This document shows positions 1 through 11,297 of a stretch of DNA of 64,000 bases, piece by piece (the first letter of the stretch is position 1; each line of letters opens with the position of its first letter). The position numbers were made by a program, and so were the translations under genes. Source of the stretch: Squalus acanthias (Eukaryota); NCBI GenBank assembly GCA_030390025.1, contig JASTWF010000048.1, positions 620,001 to 684,000 on the forward strand. Reading direction: 5' to 3'. The notes beneath the pieces were generated by a model. It was not told where the DNA came from. It made no database searches and saw only the letters and a program-made list of their open reading frames with translations.

Positions 1-349
1 CTACCAGTTGGATTTTTTGCCAAATACCTTAAATCTGTGCCCTCTGGTCACCGACCCTTCCGGCAGAGGAATCAATTACTCCTTGTCTATTCTATCACAA
101 CCGCTCTGAAATTTTAACACCTCTATTAACTCTCCCCATATCGTCTGTGATGTATAATTTTATGAAATTGCTAAACTACCTCCGTTTCAAGCTTCTCACC
201 ATATATAGAAATACGCTGATATTGCCTTCTTCTGTCCCAAGTGGATGACGTCACACTTGCCCACAATGAATCCATCTGTCAATGTTTTGCTCACTCATTT
301 AATCTCTCTCTGTCACCTTTGAAACAGACTGTCCCCGTCTGCTCTGCTC

Positions 350-1120
350 ACTGCCAATCAGAGAGAGATGGGTCGGACTGTCAAACAGGGAGAGAGAGTC
401 AGGGCTGCGAAACCGAGAGCGCGTTGCAGAGCTGTCATTCAGAGATGGGAGGGGCAGAGCTTTCAATCAGAGAGGGCGTGGACGAGCTGTCAATCAGAGC
501 GGGGCGGGGCGGAGCGGTCAATCAGACAGTGGAGGGGCGGAGCTGTCAAACATATCGGTCGCTGCAGGGTTGTTAATCAGAGAGTGAGGGGTGGTGCTAT
601 CAATCAGAGAGGGGGCTCATCTGTCAATCAGAGAGGGCGCGGCAGAGATCGCAATCAGAGAGTGAGGGGTGGCGCTATCAATCAAATTGGGTGACGTGTT
701 TTCAGAGAGGGGTGGGGTGGTGATGTCACTCAGGGAGGGGAGGCGCGGAGCTGTCAATCACAGTGGGGACGGGCGGTGCTGTCAATCAGAGAGGGGAGTG
801 GTACTGCTGTGAATCGTGACAGATGATTACATAGGATGAATGGCACAGAAACAAGCCATTCCTTCCAACCAGTCCATGCCGGCGTTTTTGCTCCCCACGA
901 GCCCCCTCCCGTCTTTCCTCTTCTAAATCTATCAGCATAAACCACTATTTCCTTTTCCCTCATATGCTTGCCTTGCCTCCCCTTAAATGTACCCATAATA
1001 TTCGCTAAAACCACTCCCTGTGGAATCGGAGAAGGTAGGGGCGGTGCTGTCACTCGGAGAGGGCGGGGGCAGGGCTGTCAATCAGATAGGGCGAGACAGG
1101 CCTGTCAATCAGACAGTGAT
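350..1120. repeat. ~27-bp minisatellite (gctgtcaatcagagag-ggggcgg) upstream of V1 leader, interrupted by a LINE 3' fragment at ~810-1025
   Basis: CTGTCAATCA or variants recur at ~27-bp spacing (exact at 487, 621, 751, 779, 1075, 1102), alternating with GC-box-like runs. Confidence 0.85.
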
Positions 1121-1277
1121 GGGTGGGATACTGTATATTCAGTATTTTCTTATGAATGATAGAGATTGTGCATTTTCACGCGGCAGTCTCGCCTTGCAAA
1201 CAACAGTCTCATAGCTCTGGTTTCTGGGCAGATTATTGGCCGTGAGAGCCCCGCTCTCAAACACTCTGTCCCGGACC

Positions 1278-2603
1278 ATGCGAACTTGCCTCCTGTCCTG
1301 CACTTTGCCGCTGTTCCTATTGGCGGGTAAGTAAACAAGAGTCCGGTGTCCCATAGGAGGCCTTTGGGTCTGGTGCAGGAATGTTTTAAAGGCCTAGTAA
1401 TGAAGTGTTCAATAATGAGAGAAAGAAAGAAAGAAGGAAAGAAAGAAAGAAAGATAGAGAGACACAAAGTTAATGAGAGAACAGCTTTGTGGGAATAAAT
1501 AGACTGTATTTGATCATTTGCAAATAAAGAAGACAAATTGAGTTAAATACAGTCGGGATGGACATGTATAGAACAGGGTTATTCCTGTATTGTTTAAATT
1601 AGTGAGTGATTTTTCCACGTCAATCCCTGACAATTGCCCCGATTACAAGTCGAGCTCCGCTAAAACAACGGGCTCCCAAATAACTACAAGCGCCTGCGGG
1701 TTTAGAATATTCATCTGGTTTTGACAAATCGACTAAAAGCAGGATGGCGAGTGGTCGAATAGATAAAAGTGTATGTTAAGGAACATAGGAACAGGAGGAG
1801 GCCATTCAGGCCCTCGAGTCATTCAATGAGATCACAGCTGATCTGTACCTCAACGCAAGTTACACGCCTTGGTTGCGTAACCTTACATAACCTTATCGAA
1901 CAAAAATCTTTCAAATTCAGTTTTGAAATTTTCAGTTGACTCCGACCCTCAACAGTTTTTTGGGGAGAGAGTTGCTGACTTCCACTACCCTTTGTATGAA
2001 GAGGTGCTTCATCGCATCACCCCTAACCGGCCTAGCACTACCTTTAAGGTTATTCACCCCTTGTTCTGGTCTCCCCCCACCAGAGGAAATTATTTCTCTC
2101 TCTCTGCCCTAGCCACTCCTTTAATCAGTTCAATTAGATATAGGTGAAGAATACAGGAATTAAATCGATTTAAATCAAAAGTAAGCGAGTGAGAGACAGA
2201 GGAATAGCAATCACGGAAAAGCTAATAATCAAAGAGGTTAGTGTGTCTTATTTCTGGGGAAATAAATGTCTCTCTTTAATGTTAATTCTTGTTTTGCTTC
2301 GAGGTGTTGGCGGTTCTCAGAAGATGGTGCAGTCCCGAGAGTATGTGTCGGTGAGAGAGGGCGAGTCTGTGACTATCCCGTGCACCCAACGCGGGACTGA
2401 TGCTTACATGTACTGGTACCGTCAGCTCCCGGGTCTGGGACTCCAGCACATCCTGCAGGCGTTCCAGGGAGATGACCCGAGCAGGTCGGACGGGTTCAAG
2501 GAGCGATTTTGGGCCAAGAAAAGTGCAGATAACTCCTTCGATCTGAAGATATCGATGTTGCGCCCGAACGACACGGCGCGGTAATTCTGCGCCTGCAGTG
2601 ATG
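1278..2603 (+). pseudogene. TRBV: TCR beta V segment V1, pseudogene (leader 1278-1326, V exon 2304-2603)
   Basis: Leader MRTCLLSCTLPLFLLA|gtaagt. V exon GVGGSQKMVQS..VTIPC..MYWYRQ..GFKERF..DTAR*FCACSD, with TAA at 2582-2584 where the paralog has TAT. Confidence 0.9.
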
Positions 2604-2642
2604 CACAGAGACACACTCAGACTGAACAGTGCTACAAAAACC
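2604..2642 (+). other. 23-RSS of V1
   Basis: cacagag + 23 nt + acaaaaacc. Confidence 0.93.
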
Positions 2643-4143
2643 CGCCCGTCTCAGACACTAACCCCCAACTAGTGNNNNNNNNNNNNNNNNNNNNNNNNNN
2701 NNNNNNNNNNNNNNNNNNNNNNNNNNNNNNNNNNNNNNNNNNNNNNNNNNNNNNNNNNNNNNNNNNNNNNNNNNNNNNNNNNNNNNNNNNNNNNNNNNNN
2801 NNNNNNNNNNNNNNNNNNNNNNNNNNNNNNNNNNNNNNNNNNNNNNNNNNNNNNNNNNNNNNNNNNNNNNNNNNNNNNNNNNNNNNNNNNNNNNNNNNNN
2901 NNNNNNNNNNNNNNNNNNNNNNNNNNNNNNNNNNNTACAGCTCGCTCTCCGTCTCTCCGTCTGTCTTTTCTATCTCTCAGTCGCTCTCTTTCCCTGTCAC
3001 TCTCTAAACCTGCCTCGGTCTCGCTTTCGCGTCCCCTCTCTCCCTACCTCTCTGCCTCTCTTCCGCCTCTCACCCTCTCGCCCTCGCTCTCTCTCACACC
3101 GTCTCCATCTCTCTCCCTGTTTCCCTCTCTCTATTCCTCTTCTTCTCTCTCCCTTTCCCCCCTCCTTCTATTCCTCTACTTCTCTCTCCCTCGCTCCCTC
3201 TCTCTATCCCTCTTCTTCTCTTTCCCTCGCTCCCAATCCTTCCCGCTATCCACCCCTCAGTCGCCCTCTATCTGGTAAGCAGATGTAAAATGTGAAAATG
3301 GCCCATTAACATTCTGTGCTTTACGGACAACAATCCCAACTTCCTTAGTCTCTCATAACTGACGTCCCTCATCCCTGGTGCCATTCTGGTAAACCTCCTC
3401 TTAACCTTCACTAAGGTGATCAACCCCATACAGTTAGGGTATAGTTCATCTTAGAACCCTTAAACGTGTCACGAATGTGTCACACTGTGCAAAGGCGAGA
3501 TGCCTCCCCAGATATGTTTTTCACAGAGACACCTGCTCTTGACGGCGGGTACAACATCTGTTGAAAACCGTTTACCCACTTCTAGACTCGAGGCGCCTTT
3601 TGAAGTGTTTTTTCAAAGAAACTAGAAGTTCGGCCCAGCGAAGAACTTAACCCTTTAATTCTCGTTGAGCAGATGGGAACTGAAAGCTGCACTGCCTGAA
3701 ACAAGAATGAACTTGACCCAAAAATAATCCGCGTTTTATAGAATCATGGAATCCTAAAGCACAGAGGGAGGCCACTCGGTCAGTCCAGTCCGTGTCGACC
3801 TTTTGAAAGAGCGATCCAATTGGTCCCCACGAGACACCTCCCACCCTCCTTCACCTTAAACTATCAACATATCTTTCTATTCCTTTATCCCTCATGTGTT
3901 TATCTCGCTTCCCCTTAAATGCATCTATATTAATACACTCAAACACGCCTTGTGTTAGCGAGTTCCACATTTTTACCACTCTCTGGGTAAAGAGGTTTCT
4001 CCTGGATTCATTATTGGATTTATTAGTATCGATCTTATAGTTATGGCCCCTAGATTTGTCCTCTCCTATCCAATTATTCCCAAACCCCAGCTCATTCACC
4101 ACATCCCTGTTTTTTCACTCTTCAAGTTTATGTCCAATTCCCT

Positions 4144-6310
4144 TGTAAGATCTTAAATGATCACTGAGTTCTTGGACAATACACCAATAGGCAGTAGCCA
4201 GTATGTTTGAGCGATAGATCAAGATTTATTAAGCTTACAACGTCATCAATACTGAACTTTTGGCGATAGTTTTAACGAGTTTCTCGCAGCCCTTGGTCTC
4301 TGGAACCTCTCGGACACAGATGACGTCATCTTCAATCTGTTCCTCTGTTCTCGCAGTACCTCTGTGGGATATGTGGAGCACTCTTTGTTCCAGTCCTACT
4401 CAGCTCCCCTCCCTCACCTCTTTTTCCGGTACATTGATGACTGTATCGGTGCCGTTTCGTGCTCTCGCCCTGAACTAGATAATTTCATTAGATTTGCTTC
4501 CAATTTCCACCCTTCCCTCACATTCACAAAGTCCATCTCCGACTCTTCCCTTCCCTTCCTCGGCTTCTCCCTCTTCATCTCTGTTGATAGGTTATTGACA
4601 AACATTCACTACAAGCCCACTGACTCCCACAGCTACCTGGACTGCAATTCCTCCCACCCAGCCTCCTGTCAGGACTCTATTCCATTCTCCCAGTTTCTCA
4701 TTCTCCGCCGCATCTGCTCTGAGGATGCCAACTTCCATACCAGTGCTTCCGACATGCTTCCTTTTTCCTCATACGGGGATTCCCCTCTACTGTGGTTGAC
4801 ACGGCCCTCGACCGTGTCCGTTCTATCTCCCGCACTTCTGCCCTCTCCACTGCCCCTCCCTCCCGGAACCACGATAGAGTTCCCCTTGTCCTCACCTTTC
4901 ACCCCACCAGCCTCCACATTTAGCGGATCATCCTCCGATATTTGCGCCACCTCCAGCGTGATCCCAACACCAAACGCATCTTCCCCTCACGTCCCTTTTC
5001 AGCATTCTGCAGGGACCGCTCCCTCCGCAACACCCTAGTCGACTCTTCTATCGCCCCCAACACCCCTTCCCCTTCGCCCATCACCTTCCCTTGCAAGCGC
5101 AGGAGATGCAGCACATGCCCTTATACCTCCCCACTTCCCACTGTCCAGGGCCCCAAACACCGCTTCCAGGTGAAACAGCGATTTACTTGTACTTCTTGCA
5201 ATTTAGTATACTGTATTCGCTGCTCACGATATTGTCTCCTCTACATTGCGGAGACCAAACGCAGATTGGGTGACCGCTTTATGGAACACCTCCGTTCAGT
5301 CCTTAAGGGGGACCCCGAGTTTCTGCTCGCTGTCACTTTAATTCACCGCTCCACTCCCACTCAGACCTCACCGTCCTCAGCCTCTTGCATTTTTTCTCGG
5401 GAGCTCAGCGTGAGCTCGAGGAACAGTACCTCATCTTTCGATTAGGCACTTTAGATCCTTCTGGACTCAACATAGAGTTCAACAATTTCAGATCATAACC
5501 CCGGCCCCTATCATATATATATATTTTATCCACACTTTTGTTCTGTTCTACTCTCCCACATGGCAGTTATTTTTCTTTCTGCCAGCGCAATTTACACTTC
5601 ATCTAGTGCCATCCTTTGTTTCTTAACCAGTCCGATTACCATCTCCTTTTGCCTTGAATATCTCGTAATGTCTCTCAATGTCTCTTAAGCTCTCCTGCCT
5701 TCTATCCTATCACAGGCCTTCCCTTTTGTTCTTTCATCCCCTCCCCCATTTCCCAGCTACTACACTTCCTTAAAAATCTGTTCCATTTCCTGCTTTTTCC
5801 AGTTCTTACGAAAGGTCATCGACCTGAATCGTTAACTCTGTAAATTTGTTCTTTGAGTATCGAGGTTTTAACCCTTTTCTTATCAAAAGTTTGTTTCGCC
5901 AGTGTCAATATATGGTCTTTATCAAAATCACCTTTTCAATTTGTTCTAATGATCAAAATAGCATTGTCACTCAGACATCTTGGGCGCTCCTTTTTTTCAA
6001 TACTTTTCCATCAACCCTATCCTTCTGTCTTGTTATCTTGTTTATAGTTTTTCACCCCACTGGAATTTTCCATATCTCTTTCATTTCATCGCCTCCCTGG
6101 TACAAGGCCTTTATACCAAGTTCTGTTTGCTATCAAAGCTTGGTCAAAACTGCTCTTGACTCTCCTTGCAGCTGCATCCTGAACAAGTCTTAGCTTTTTA
6201 GTTACCCAGGAGTAATTAACGGTAATATTATTTGGTCAATGGCTACACTTGAATTTATATGTATATGATTCTCGTCCACTAAATATCTCTAGATATCAGC
6301 CTTTCCTACA
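4144..6310. mobile_element. TG..CA LTR-like element inserted in a CR1 fragment, itself interrupted by a Penelope-like element
   Basis: Starts TGTAAGA and ends TCCTACA, flanked by ccct/cgct. The empty site attccct|tgtgaaa is seen in paralogs at ~10860 and ~41180. Confidence 0.6.
4364..5840 (+). mobile_element. Penelope-like retroelement fragment (RT C-terminus + GIY-YIG), frameshifted
   Basis: FFRYIDD and HYKPTDSHSYL RT motifs; CTSCNLVYCIRC..YIAETKRRLGDRF.EH GIY-YIG motif; decayed hammerhead at 5801-5837. Confidence 0.9.
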
Positions 6311-6759
6311 CGCTTGTGAAAGTTACCAGTGAATCTGTCTCCAGCACCCTTTCAGGCACTGCATTCCCGATCATAACATCTTGTTTGCATAAAAAACTGT
6401 CTCCTCACCTACCAGTTGGATGTTTTGCCAATTACCTTAAACCTGTGCCCTCTGGTCACCGATCCCGCCGGCAGAGGAGTCCATTTCTCCTTGTCTACTC
6501 TATCACAACCGCTCTTACATTTGAACACCTCTATTAAATCTCAACTTATCGTCTGTTTTGATTCATTCTATGAAGTTGGTAAACTACCTTCGTTTCAAGC
6601 TGCTCACCATATAGAAATACTCTGATATATCCTTCTTCAGTCCTAAAGGATGACCTCACACTTTCCCACAATGTATCCATCTGTCACTGTTTAGCTCACT
6701 CATTTAATGTGTCTACGTCCCCTTTGAAACAGACTTTACCCTTCTGCTCTGCTCACTGC

Positions 6760-7390
6760 CAATCAGAGAGAGACGGATTGGACTGTCAAACAGGAAGAGG
6801 GAGTCAGGGCTGCGAATCAGACAGCGCGTTGCAGGGCTGTCAGTCAGAGAGGGGAGGGGCGGAGCTGTAGATGAGAGACGGTGGCGAGCTGTCAATCAAA
6901 GACGTCTCAGCAGCTGTCAATCAGAAAGAGAGGGTCGGGGCTGTCAATCAGAGAGGGGAGGGATGGATCTGTCAATCAGAGAGGGCGGGGCAGGGCTCGC
7001 AATCAGAGAGTGAGGGGTGGTGCTGCAAATCAGCGGGGGTGACGAGTTGTCAGAGAGGGCTGGAGCGGAGCTGTCAATCAGAGAGTGGAGTGGTGGAACT
7101 GTGAATATTTACATAGGGTTACATAGGATATACGGCACAGGAACAGGCCAAAGGAACCTCCTACCGTCTTTCCTCATCTAAATCGATCAGCATATCGCTC
7201 TATTTCCTTTACCCTCATATACTTGTCTTTCCTCCCCTAAAAAGCATCATGCTATTCGCTTCAAACACTCCCTGTGGAATCAGAGAGATTAGGGGTGGTG
7301 CTGTTAATCAGAGATGGGAAGGGCGGTGCTGTCAATCAGACGGTGAGGATCGGGGCAGGGCTGTCAATCAGAGAGTGAGGGGCGGGGCAT
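6760..7390. repeat. ~27-bp CTGTCAATCA minisatellite upstream of V2 leader
   Basis: Paralog of 350-1120 with the same interrupting LINE fragment. Confidence 0.85.
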
Positions 7391-7538
7391 TGTATATTCA
7401 CTGTTTTCTTACTGAATGATAGAGATCGTGGCGTTTACACGCGTTAGTCCGGCCTTTCAAACAACAGTCTCATAGCTCCCATCGCTCGGCAGCTTTTCGG
7501 CCGTGGGAGTTCCGCTCTCAGACACTCTCTCGCTGACC

Positions 7539-7898
7539 ATGCGGACTAGTCTCCTGTCCTGCACGTTGCAGCTGTTTCTATTGGCGGGTAAGAAAAGCGA
7601 GAGGCCGGTGTCCCATAGAGGCCTTTGGCTCTGGCGCAGACATGTATTAAAATCCTTCAAAACAATTGTTCAATAATTAGAGGAAGAAAGAAGGAAAAGG
7701 AGAAAGAAAGAAAGAAAGTAAATGAGGGAACAGCGTTGTGGGAATAAATAGACTGTATCTGATCAGTGAAAAATAAAGAAGACAAATTGTGTTAAATACT
7801 GTCGGGTTGGGCATTTAGAGAACAGGGTTATTCCTGTATTGGTTAAACCAATGAGTGATATTAGATTGTTGGATAGATAGATAGATGAAGAGATAGAG

Positions 7899-7947
<49 letters not shown>

Positions 7948-8667
7948 CATACATACATCGTTGTACAGCTCTCTCTCCCTCTGTCCTCTCTATCTGCAGT
8001 CTCTCTCTTCCCCTGTCTTAATCTCTAAATCTGCTTCGCTCTCACCATCGCTTCCCCTCTCTCTGCCTCTCTCCCATCTCTCACCCGCTCCCTCTCTCTC
8101 GCTCTGTCTCCTTCTCTCACCCTCGCTCCCTCTCTCTATCCCTCTTCTTCGTTCTCCCTCGCTTCTCTTTCTATCCCTCTTCTTCGTTCACCCTAGCTCC
8201 CTCTCTCTATCCCACTTCTTCGTTCACCCTCGCTCACTCTCTCTATCCCTCTTCTTCTCTTTTCCTCGCTCGCACCCTATCACTTCCGCTATCCATCCGT
8301 CATTCTCTCGCTATCTATCAAGCGTTTGTAAAATGAGGAAATGTCCATTAACACCCGTGTCTTTTACAGGAGCGCAGTCCGAATCGGTTATCCAAAGGCC
8401 CAAATTTCTCACCGGTTTCCAATCGGGCTCGGTGATTGTGACATGTTTTGTACCCAAAGACCATCCCAGAACCTACTGGTATCGACAGACTCCAAACCTG
8501 GTATGGGAGCTCCTGATCTACGCCTATCGGACGAACACACCCGAGATATCCGAGGGGTTCAAAGGGCGAGTGTCTGCAGTCAGAGGAACGGACGATTCCT
8601 ACCACCTCAATCTGACCGAACTGCAGCCCAGTGACACGGCTGTGTATTACTGCGCTAGCGATAGTAC
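7539..8667 (+). CDS. TRBV: TCR beta V segment V2, intact (leader 7539-7587, V exon 8370-8667)
   Basis: Leader MRTSLLSCTLQLFLLA|gtaaga; acceptor ttttacag; GAQSESVIQRP..VTC..YWYRQ..EGFKGRV..DTAVYYCASDST. Confidence 0.92.
7870..7958. repeat. (GATA)n microsatellite in the V2 intron
   Basis: Direct tetranucleotide repeat. Confidence 0.95.
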
Positions 8668-8706
8668 CACAGCGGTACGAACACGGCGCGACTCGCTGCA
8701 AAAACC
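8668..8706 (+). other. 23-RSS of V2
   Basis: cacagcg + 23 nt + gcaaaaacc. Confidence 0.93.
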
Positions 8707-11297
8707 TTTCTCAGATGGCGTTTGCTGTGTGAGACAGAGCTGGAAACTACAGCGGGTCATCGGCAGGAAATACACAGAGTAAACGAACAACTAAAGTTTT
8801 CAAATCAGGANNNNNNNNNNNNNNNNNNNNNNNNNNNNNNNNNNNNNNNNNNNNNNNNNNNNNNNNNNNNNNNNNNNNNNNNNNNNNNNNNNNNNNNNNN
8901 NNNNNNNNNNNNNNNNNNNNNNNNNNNNNNNNNNNNNNNNNNNNNNNNNNNNNNNNNNNNNNNNNNNNNNNNNNNNNNNNNNNNNNNNNNNNNNNNNNNN
9001 NNNNNNNNNNNNNNNNNNNNNNNNNNNNNNNNNNNNNNATGATTAAAACTTGATATTAATTAATTATAAAATGCTATATCAATGTATCCAATGTCCTTTG
9101 TTAGCAAATTATCTACATTTGAATCAGCAGGTTATGCGGTGGGGTAAATGAGTTAACGTCAGTGGAGAAAGTGTGGTTGTTGGAATATGTGCAGGCGATA
9201 TCCGTAACTTCCGATATGCCAGTGAATTATTCTTTTATTTCCGCTATTGCAATAGCGACGAGAGAGGCGCTTCTTATCACAGCATCATGGAATGATACTT
9301 CACAGAAGGAGGCCATTCGACCCATCGTGCCACTGCCAGCTCTGTGAAAAAGCTATCAAATTTGTGACATTCCCCTGCTCTATCCCCTATCGATCTGCAA
9401 AATTTCCTCCAGGAGATATTTAACCAATTCCCTTTGGAAAGTTACCATTGTATCTGCTTTCATCACCCTTTCAGGATGAGCATTTGAGATCATAATAAAC
9501 TGCTGTTTAAAGAAATGTCTCCGCATGTCACCTCTGCATGGACAGGTTGGGCCGAATGGCCTCTTTCTGTGCTGTATGTTCTATGTATTCCTATGGTTCT
9601 TTTACCAATTACCTTATATCTGTATCCTTTGGTTACCGACCCTCCTGCCAGTGGAAGCAATTTCTCATTATTTACTCGATCAAAACACTTTATTATCTTG
9701 AGCAAGGGGAATGGTAGCATATTGGTTATGTTGCTGAATGAGTAATGCAGTAAGTTTGGACTAAAGATGCCGAGACTATGAGTTCATATCCCACCACGGT
9801 AACTGGGGAATTTCAATTCAATTTCGTAAATAAATTTGGAATTAAAAAGCTAGTGGATTGTTGTAGAAGCCCATCTGGTTCAATTGACTGCCCTCTTGCG
9901 GATCAAGAAGGCAGCTCACCACCACATTTCTCAAGGACAATTAGAGATGGACAATAAATGCCAGCCTTGTCAGCGACACCCGCATCCCATGAATGAAAAA
10001 AAAATCACTATTACATCTCCCATTCACATTTTCTGCTTTAAGGAGAACAATCCCAGCTTCCCGAATCTCTCATATCTGATGCCCCTCATCCCTGGTACCA
10101 TTCTGGTAAATCGCCTCTTAACCTTCAATAAGGCGAACAGCCCCATACACAAAGGAAATAATTCATCTTCGAACCCTTAAACGTGTCACGAATGTTTCAT
10201 ACTGTACAAAGGCGAGATTCCTCCCCGGATATGTTTTTCACTGAGACACCTGCCTCCGGACGGCGGGTACAAACTCTGTTGAAAACCGTTTACCCACTTC
10301 TGTATCAGACTCTAGGCGCCTTTTGAAGTGTTTCTTCAAAGGAATTAGAAGTTCAGCCATCGAAGAATTTAACACTTTAATTCTCGTTGAGCACATTGGA
10401 ACTGAAAGCTGCACTGCCTGAAACAAGAGAGAACTTTGACCCAACAATGATCCGTGTTTTATAGAATCATAGAATCCTACAGCACAGAGGGAGGTCACTC
10501 GGTCAGTCCAGTCCGTGCCGGCTCTTTGAAAAAGCGATTCAATTAGCCGCCCACGAGTCTCCTCCCTCCCTTCTTCCTCTCACCCTGTCAACAAATCCTT
10601 CTATTCCTTTACCCTCATGTGCTTATCGATCTTCCCCTTAAAAGCATCTGTGTTATTTCCCTCAACCACTCCCTGGGGTAGCGAGTTCCTAATTCTCACC
10701 ACTCTGGGTAAAGAAATTTATCCTGAATTCCCTATTGGACTTATTAATGTCTATCTTACACTTATGGCCCTTTGTTTTGGCCTCTCCTATCCAATTATTC
10801 AAACACCCATGCTCATTCCCCGCAGCCCTGGTTTTATCCTCTTCAAGTTTATGTACAATTCCCTTGTGAAATTTACCAATGAATCTGTCTGCAGCACCAT
10901 TTCAGGAAATGCTTTCCCGATCATACATCTTGCTGCATGAAAAACTGTCTCCTCATCTACCAGTTGGATTTTATGACAGTTAACTTAAATCTGTGCCCTC
11001 TGGTCACCGACCCTGCCCGCAGAGGAATCCATTTCTCCGTGTCTACTCTGTCACAACCGCTCTGAAATTTGAGCACCTCTATTAATTTACCCAATACCGT
11101 CTGTGTTGCATCATTCTATGAAGTTGCTAAACTGCCTGAGTAATGGGATGGTGGGTGGGTTTCGCAGGAAGTGATGTGTATATATCAATGATAACCGGAT
11201 GCTCCTTATTTAAACAAATACAACAGAGAAACGGCCTTCAGACGTGGTATTGAGCTGCACTCGTTCACACAGCTATCCCGAATCGAATGAATAAGTC

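Noticed and set aside
1316-1332. CCAAT/E2F-like motif (attggcgggtaa) suggesting a minus-strand gene
   Set aside because: It is the end of the V1 leader exon plus its splice donor
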